Assembly (NCBI GenBank): GCA_040397385.1
Contig: JBBAWB010000005.1
Coordinates: 78,680 to 142,679, forward strand
Direction of reading: 5' to 3'
From: Candidatus Methylacidiphilales bacterium
Lineage (GTDB): Bacteria; Verrucomicrobiota; Verrucomicrobiia; Methylacidiphilales; Verrucolacustridaceae
Length of the DNA stretch: 64,000 nucleotides
Part shown: positions 62,988 to 64,000 of the stretch, one piece after another
Position numbering within the stretch: the stretch's first letter is position 1
Layout: the number at the start of each line of letters is the position of its first letter
Notes under the pieces: generated by a model
The model's database searches: none
What the model was told of the DNA's origin: nothing
Seen by the model: the letters and a program-made list of their open reading frames with translations, nothing else
Position numbers and translations under genes: made by a program

Positions 62988-63254
62988 ATGCCCGCCCTAG
63001 TCCGCACCACCCCTGCGATGTTCCGTGATCTCTTTGCCCGTCGATATCGCCAACTCCCCGCCGCCACTATCGTAGGCGGCATTCTCGGCCTAGCTTATCT
63101 GATCAATCCCTTCGATCTCATCCCAGACATTCTCCCCATCGTCGGCATCGTGGACGACACTCTCATCGTGGGAATTTTCCTGACTCTTCTTGGGCGGGAT
63201 GTTAAAAAATATCTGCTTTGGAAAACTTTATATGAGCCAAAACCCAAAAAATAA
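62988..63254 (+). CDS. DUF1232 (YkvA-like) membrane protein
   Basis: 'YLINPFDLIPDILPIVGIVDDTLIV' is the DUF1232 signature. The start is ATG 62988 or TTG 62952. Confidence 0.75.
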   Translation: MPALVRTTPAMFRDLFARRYRQLPAATIVGGILGLAYLINPFDLIPDILPIVGIVDDTLIVGIFLTLLGRDVKKYLLWKTLYEPKPKK

Positions 63255-63360
63255 ACCTGATACCTGCATTCCAAACTGGCTCCTCTACCTAGGAATCACC
63301 CTAGCCGTTTCCTTAGGGGCAGCTAAAATTCTTTGGGGCCTCTTCCAGATCTATCACTAA
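63232..63360 (+). CDS. candidate 42-aa single-TM small protein (below the track cutoff)
   Basis: My translation is 'MSQNPKNKPDTCIPNWLLYLGITLAVSLGAAKILWGLFQIYH*'. It overlaps the DUF1232 3' end by 23 nt in another frame and has C-ending codons. Confidence 0.3.
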   Translation: MSQNPKNKPDTCIPNWLLYLGITLAVSLGAAKILWGLFQIYH

Positions 63361-63362
63361 CC

Positions 63363-64000
63363 CTAATCTTCCAGCCAGTCACTGACTGGGTGAAAATCAG
63401 CATCCTTCACCCTAACCTCGACTCGCTTATGCGGCGATGGCTCGAAGGGTAGAATAGCCCACGCAATTTCCCCATTTCGCTTTCCCCGAATCACTACCCG
63501 CAAGGTATTCGGAGCCGCCTCAGCCATTTTTCCCTTCACCATGATCTCAGCTATATCTGCGTCTAAGGGAATTCGCTGACAGAGAAAGGCGTCAGGAATC
63601 GCCGCGACATCTTCCTCGAAAGGCCCCTTGGCCAAAGCCTCCTTCGCCCGCAACTCTTTCAACCGTTCCTCGTAGCCCGCCACCTCCTGTTGAATCGCCA
63701 GGGCATCCCCACGGAATTTCTCTAACTCCTTAGCTTGAATCCCCACACGCTCCTTTTTCTCGTCTAGGCTTGTACTCGCGGGACTCCTCAACTGTTTTGC
63801 CTTCGTACCCAATCCCTTGTAACGAGCATTCCAATCCTTTTCAAATTTTCGCCAATCGATCAGCTTCTTCTCAATCCAACCGAACTGGTCAGGCATCTTA
63901 ATACTCGGAGGTGCACGATAAAGTGCCAGACGGTACTCATTGGCCGCGATCTCAGGTTGCTGGAGATCTTCATCCTCTTCTGGATGATAAAATAACCCCA
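63363..64000 (-). CDS. hypothetical protein (coiled-coil N-terminal part); may extend beyond the right edge
   Basis: The track gives 63363-63896. The same frame stays open with no stop from 63897 to the window end ('..EIAANEYRLALYRAPPSIK-MPDQ..'), so the true start may lie outside the window. Confidence 0.55.
   Translation of the reverse strand, partial: GLFYHPEEDEDLQQPEIAANEYRLALYRAPPSIKMPDQFGWIEKKLIDWRKFEKDWNARYKGLGTKAKQLRSPASTSLDEKKERVGIQAKELEKFRGDALAIQQEVAGYEERLKELRAKEALAKGPFEEDVAAIPDAFLCQRIPLDADIAEIMVKGKMAEAAPNTLRVVIRGKRNGEIAWAILPFEPSPHKRVEVRVKDADFHPVSDWLED

Overview
This 64-kb window holds roughly 65 genes. I recognise no rRNA, tRNA, CRISPR array, transposase or integrase. The gene content (PEP-CTERM proteins, a prepilin-like H-X9-DG protein, LacI/AraC-controlled sugar loci, a fused double UvrA) reads like a Verrucomicrobia/PVC-type chromosome; that is inference. 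LEFT ~35 kb is a carbohydrate block. It carries nagB and a LacI-linked gene set matching the non-phosphorylative 6-deoxyhexose (L-fucose/L-rhamnose type) sugar-acid route: 2 SDRs, an SMP-30 lactonase, an enolase-superfamily dehydratase and an FAH-family hydrolase. Next comes an unusual NagB-like / UxaE-like / NagA-like operon, followed by an SDR, a second enolase-superfamily enzyme, a PIG-L deacetylase, an MFS transporter, a Gfo/Idh/MocA oxidoreductase and an esterase. After that are four very large uncharacterised proteins (two secreted, two cytoplasmic), together with PEP-CTERM and prepilin-like surface proteins and an AraC regulator. RIGHT ~29 kb is housekeeping, repair and envelope: NemA-like flavin reductase, a 1873-aa tandem-duplicated UvrA, a Fur-family regulator, a GPP34 homolog, an FeS-type photolyase/cryptochrome, RluE, DUF2256, YebC, a PfkB kinase, class I FbaB, Kdo kinase, a GT9 heptosyltransferase, an OM beta-barrel, PPK2, a Sel1-repeat protein and many small secreted or membrane proteins. 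Most noteworthy are six points. (1) The NagB-like/UxaE-like/NagA-like operon suggests a kinase/aldolase-independent amino-sugar route. (2) The block of large unknown proteins may be new glycan-degrading families. (3) An ABC exporter ORF sits exactly between an N-terminal esterase fragment and a C-terminal rhaM fragment. (4) A very strong strand-specific third-codon-position bias holds at 35-64 kb but breaks down across 2.4-35.1 kb. (5) The fused double UvrA has asymmetric halves. (6) A PD-(D/E)xK-like ORF has about 120 clearly coding N-terminal codons with no ATG/GTG/TTG start, just downstream of an A6 run. All functional calls come from reading the translations and remembered family motifs; no searches were run.
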